Origin: a virus
Strand: one strand, 5' to 3'
DNA: 64,000 nt
IMG/VR virus record: IMGVR_UViG_3300045993_000918
Every line of letters begins with the position of its first letter. Within the stretch, counting starts at the first letter, position 1. The translations under genes and the position numbers were made by a program. The notes beneath the pieces are model-generated. The model searched no databases, was not told the origin of the DNA, and worked only from the letters and a program-made list of their open reading frames with translations. Below, in pieces: positions 60,704-64,000 of this stretch.

Positions 60704-61543
60704 TCAGACCGCCGACGGGTCGTTCAGGGCCTGCAGCCAGGTCATGCCGCGGTCAAGCAGGACCTGCCACGTGGCGTTCCCGTCCTTGACCTCTTGCCAG
60801 GAGTTCCCGACCTTCGTCATCTGCGCGACGTCCGGCTCGGCTGCGACGGCATAGGGCAGCACCCAGCGCCGCTCCGGCCGACGGACGTCCGGTATGACTC
60901 GACTGATCGAGACGTCCCCGATCTGGGCGTAGAACATCGCGTGCTCGGGGTCGGCCTCCTCGGGGATCCGGACCAGCACGACTCGGCCGGAGCTGAGGAT
61001 GGCGCGCAGCGCCTCCGCTTCGTTGGCCGTGTGCGTGAGCACCTCGAAGGAACCGGAGGCGCTGGAGCGGACCCCGCCGACCGCGACACGGTCGGGTCTC
61101 CCGATCACGTCGAAGACCACCCCGCGAGCGGTGAGCGTCTGGTCCTGCGACCCGTACGACCAGGTGCCGACCGCCTCGAGCCCGGGGTTGACCGGGTCGT
61201 TGACCACGACTGGGTAGCAGCCCGCAGGCGAGCTCGGGAACGGCATCGTGATGTCGATCGTAGCCGAGTGGTCGATGGCGTCGACGGTGTACGTCACGTC
61301 GTAGTAGGTGATCCCGCCGAGGCGCGGGGCCGCGTCGGCGATCACTAGCACGTCGTTCCCGGAGACGGCCTCGGCGTTCGCGTTCGCGAGCGTCTGCGCG
61401 GTCAGCCGCTGGTTGTCACGCCGCTTGATCGTGATGACGGTCGGCTGGTTGGAGGCAGTGGTCGCGATGATCCGGACCGAGCCCTGAGTGGCGGGCTCCA
61501 CCAGGACGTTGCCGTAGACACCGATGACTGCTGAGCTGCTCAC
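60704..61543 (-). CDS. distal tail (Dit-like) minor tail protein
   Basis: 279 aa immediately downstream of the tape measure gene. Confidence 0.55.
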   Translation of the reverse strand: MSSSAVIGVYGNVLVEPATQGSVRIIATTASNQPTVITIKRRDNQRLTAQTLANANAEAVSGNDVLVIADAAPRLGGITYYDVTYTVDAIDHSATIDITMPFPSSPAGCYPVVVNDPVNPGLEAVGTWSYGSQDQTLTARGVVFDVIGRPDRVAVGGVRSSASGSFEVLTHTANEAEALRAILSSGRVVLVRIPEEADPEHAMFYAQIGDVSISRVIPDVRRPERRWVLPYAVAAEPDVAQMTKVGNSWQEVKDGNATWQVLLDRGMTWLQALNDPSAV

Positions 61544-64000
61544 AGCTGACCCACCCCGACCCTGGCGTAGACGGCGTTCCGCGCGGCGGCGCTGCTCCCG
61601 CGGTCGACCTCTACCTTCACGATGTCGGTGAGCTCGCGGTCGCCGATGAAGACCCGGACCTCTCCGACTCCCCCTCCCGTGAGTGCCGCGATCAGCGCCC
61701 TGTCACGGTTGCTCAGGCCGTTCTGGTCGAGCGGCTCGACGCGCTCCGGCCGACCCGCCTCGGCGATCGTTGCCAGCACGCCCCCAGGACGCGGGAAGAC
61801 GGTACCACCGGCGGCGAGCCGAGGGATCGTCGGGATATCCGGTCCGGGGACGTTGTTCAGGATGTCGATCGCGCCGTTCGCCTTGTCGATGATCCACTCG
61901 TTGATCCAGTCCTTGATCGAGTTGAAGGCGCCCTTCACCCCGTTAGAGACGGTGGTCCAGACGGCTCCGAGCACCTTGCCAAGACCCTCCCAGATCCCCT
62001 TGACCTGGTTGTATACGACCTGGAACGCCGTGCGGATCGGGTCTAGCGCTGTCCCGATCGCGCTGGTGATCGTGGACCAGACCCCGCTGATGAACGTGCC
62101 GATCCTCCCGAACCAGGTCGAGGCCCAGGTCCAGATCGATCGGAACACCCCGCCGATCCACCCGGCGACTGTACTGATCCGCGCCCAGATCCAGCCGAAG
62201 ACGGTCGAGACCACGGTCCAGACGGCGTTCCAGACGGTGCTGGCGACCTTGAACATGATCTGGAACCAGATCCCGATCATGGTGACGACCTTCCCGACGA
62301 TCGCGTAGATCGCCTGGAACACCCACGAGACGACACCCCACATGGCCTGGAAGGCCCCGACGAGTACGGTCCCGATGAACTTCCCGACCTCGAACAGGAC
62401 GTTCCACATCGCCGTGACGATCGGCACCACGTAGTCGCGGATCCAGCCGAACACGGTGACGGTGATGGCCCACAGCGCCTTGAACGCAGCGACCAGCACG
62501 TTGACGATGAACTTCCCGACCTCGAACAGGACGTTCCAGACGTTCCGGAGGATCGGGATCAGCGTGCCCGTGATCCAGCCGAAGACCGCCGTGAGGACGG
62601 CCCACCAGATCTTGAAGGCCCCGACCAGGACCCCTCCGACAAACTTCGCAACGGTGACCAGGATCGGGAAGACGTTATCTCGGATCCAGCCGAAGACGCT
62701 CTGGATGATCGGGAGCGCGGTGTCCTGGAACCAGGCCCAGACCGACTGCATCTTCTCCCACATCCAGAGGGCACCAGCTACGATCACTTCCCACGCCTTG
62801 TCGATCGCGGCGCGGAACCAGTCGACGTTGTTGTAGGCCCAGATCAGCCCGGCGATGAGCGCGGCGATCGCGGCGGCGATCACGATCAGCCATCCGACGC
62901 TGATCCCGAGCGCGGCAGACAGTGCCGCCACGGCTGGGATCACGATCGACCGGATGACCGTCGTTGCGATCCACTGCAGCAGACCGCCGACAAGCTTGAG
63001 TACCCCGCCGAACCCGGGGATGAAGCTGACCGCCTTGAGGAACGCGAAGATCGAGAGTGTCCACCCGGCGATCTGCCCGATGACTGGGGCGGCCAGGATC
63101 TTTGCCAGCACGGTGAAGACCGTCTGCAGGGCGGTGGTGAACGCGCCGAGCGCCCCGCTCTTTCCCATCTGCTCGAAGAAGTCGCCGATCGAGGCGAACA
63201 GCGCGCTCAGCCCTGGTCCGGCGTTGCTGAACGCTTTCGCGATCTGGACCAGTGTCGGGAGGATCTGCGTGCGGATCGTCTTGATGAACTCGATCGTACC
63301 CTTGTTCCCGCCCCCGGTCATGCCTTCACCCAGCAGCCGGAACACGTCGCCGATCAAGCCGTTGAACTCGTGCACCACGGGGAGCGCGTCGGCGAACCAC
63401 TTCGACATCTTGTTCTTCCCGCCGACCGAGCTCGTCCAGGTCGCCCACTTCAGCGTCAGCGCCTCGATCCGATCGAGCAGCGTCTGCCCGGCCGGAGAGG
63501 CGGCCTTGAGAACGTCCCAGATCGCGTAGAAGACGTTGTGGAAGATCCGCCCGAGTTGGCTCGCGCTCTTGCCAGCTCGCTCCATGAACGCAGCGAGCTT
63601 GCCGTTGGCCTCGCCGTTCTTCGCGGCGAGGTTCGCACCGACCGCGAGCTTCTCGACCCACTTCCCGAACTGCTCGGTGAGCGGTCGGGCGGCGGAGAGC
63701 AGGATGACCGCCGTGTCGGCGATCGCGACGAACGCTGTGCCGAAGCTGCGCAGGGCGTTGTTGTTGCCCTTCATCACGTTTGCGAGCCGGGCCTGGAACA
63801 GCGGGTTCTCCGTCATCGCGGCGAACTGGCCCGAGATGCGCCCGACGATCCGGCCAGTCTGGACGAGCCGAGCCTGCATCGTCGGGAGCACCGCGTCGGT
63901 GATCCGGGTCAGCGACTGCCCGAAGACCGGCAGCACCTCGCGCTGGATCGCCTGCCCGACCTTCGACCACTCCTTCCCGATCGCGGAGGTGACCTCCTTG
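61540..64000 (-). CDS. tape measure protein, N-terminus beyond right edge
   Basis: Reading frame stays open to base 64000. Hydrophobic helical repeats VFGWIRD..P....WNVLFEVGKFI..VLV.AF. Precedes Dit/Tal-like genes. Confidence 0.8.
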   Translation of the reverse strand, partial: KEVTSAIGKEWSKVGQAIQREVLPVFGQSLTRITDAVLPTMQARLVQTGRIVGRISGQFAAMTENPLFQARLANVMKGNNNALRSFGTAFVAIADTAVILLSAARPLTEQFGKWVEKLAVGANLAAKNGEANGKLAAFMERAGKSASQLGRIFHNVFYAIWDVLKAASPAGQTLLDRIEALTLKWATWTSSVGGKNKMSKWFADALPVVHEFNGLIGDVFRLLGEGMTGGGNKGTIEFIKTIRTQILPTLVQIAKAFSNAGPGLSALFASIGDFFEQMGKSGALGAFTTALQTVFTVLAKILAAPVIGQIAGWTLSIFAFLKAVSFIPGFGGVLKLVGGLLQWIATTVIRSIVIPAVAALSAALGISVGWLIVIAAAIAALIAGLIWAYNNVDWFRAAIDKAWEVIVAGALWMWEKMQSVWAWFQDTALPIIQSVFGWIRDNVFPILVTVAKFVGGVLVGAFKIWWAVLTAVFGWITGTLIPILRNVWNVLFEVGKFIVNVLVAAFKALWAITVTVFGWIRDYVVPIVTAMWNVLFEVGKFIGTVLVGAFQAMWGVVSWVFQAIYAIVGKVVTMIGIWFQIMFKVASTVWNAVWTVVSTVFGWIWARISTVAGWIGGVFRSIWTWASTWFGRIGTFISGVWSTITSAIGTALDPIRTAFQVVYNQVKGIWEGLGKVLGAVWTTVSNGVKGAFNSIKDWINEWIIDKANGAIDILNNVPGPDIPTIPRLAAGGTVFPRPGGVLATIAEAGRPERVEPLDQNGLSNRDRALIAALTGGGVGEVRVFIGDRELTDIVKVEVDRGSSAAARNAVYARVGVGQL
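62077..62754 (-). repeat. tandem hydrophobic repeats of about 37 aa inside the tape measure
   Basis: VFGWIRDNVFPIL.. / VFGWITGTLIPILRNVWNVLFEVGKFIVNVLVAAF / VFGWIRDYVVPIVTAMWNVLFEVGKFIGTVLVGAF / VFGWIWARI.. Confidence 0.7.

Noticed and set aside
1-64000. Integrase, attP, CI-type repressor, transposase or other mobile-element or prophage boundary signals
   Set aside because: No tyrosine or serine recombinase or DDE motifs were seen. Gene content is continuous phage on both edges, so I cannot say whether this is a free phage or a prophage interior.

Overview
This window is a high-G+C (by eye about two-thirds G+C) dsDNA phage genome segment of the actinobacteriophage siphovirus type, shown in reverse orientation. 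I count about 93 protein-coding genes. All but one are on the minus strand, and most are chained by ATGA/GTGA/TGATG start-stop overlaps.

Layout in the direction of transcription (right to left):
- End of the tail module (64000 to 53476): tape measure, Dit/Tal-like proteins, a long fibre with GDTMTG repeats, a GT2 glycosyltransferase, and a peptidase plus PG-binding lysin.
- Early/replication region (53418 to 18961): HTH protein, SNF2 helicase, Cas4-like exonuclease, Sak4-like ATPase with a DUF669-like protein, Toprim primase-helicase, family A DNA polymerase and RuvC.
- Start of the late module (18832 leftward): TerS, TerL, a MuF-like protein, five membrane proteins and the portal. These are followed by a 2301-aa mosaic 'polyvalent' protein and a second acidic protein of more than 1088 aa that runs off the left edge.

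Main finding: the early region carries a nucleotide-metabolism set that matches phages replacing adenine with 2-aminoadenine (Z-base). It consists of a short PurA homologue with a degenerate P-loop (PurZ candidate), a translationally coupled MazG-like gene, a phage adenylosuccinate lyase, and an NDT-like::dUTPase fusion.

Other features:
- A family of extended -10 promoters (TGGTAnnnT). Some are leaderless, and some have a palindromic -35 (TGCCT-N3-AGGCA) and a hairpin leader.
- A CCCAAT iteron array next to the primase-helicase gene.
- A 0.5-kb structured non-coding region upstream of the polymerase gene.

I saw no rRNA, tRNA, CRISPR array, transposase or integrase.

Limits: most long plus-strand ORFs in the track are Arg/Gly-rich antisense shadows. 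Coordinates of ORFs under 60 aa, adjusted starts and promoters were derived by hand and need software confirmation.
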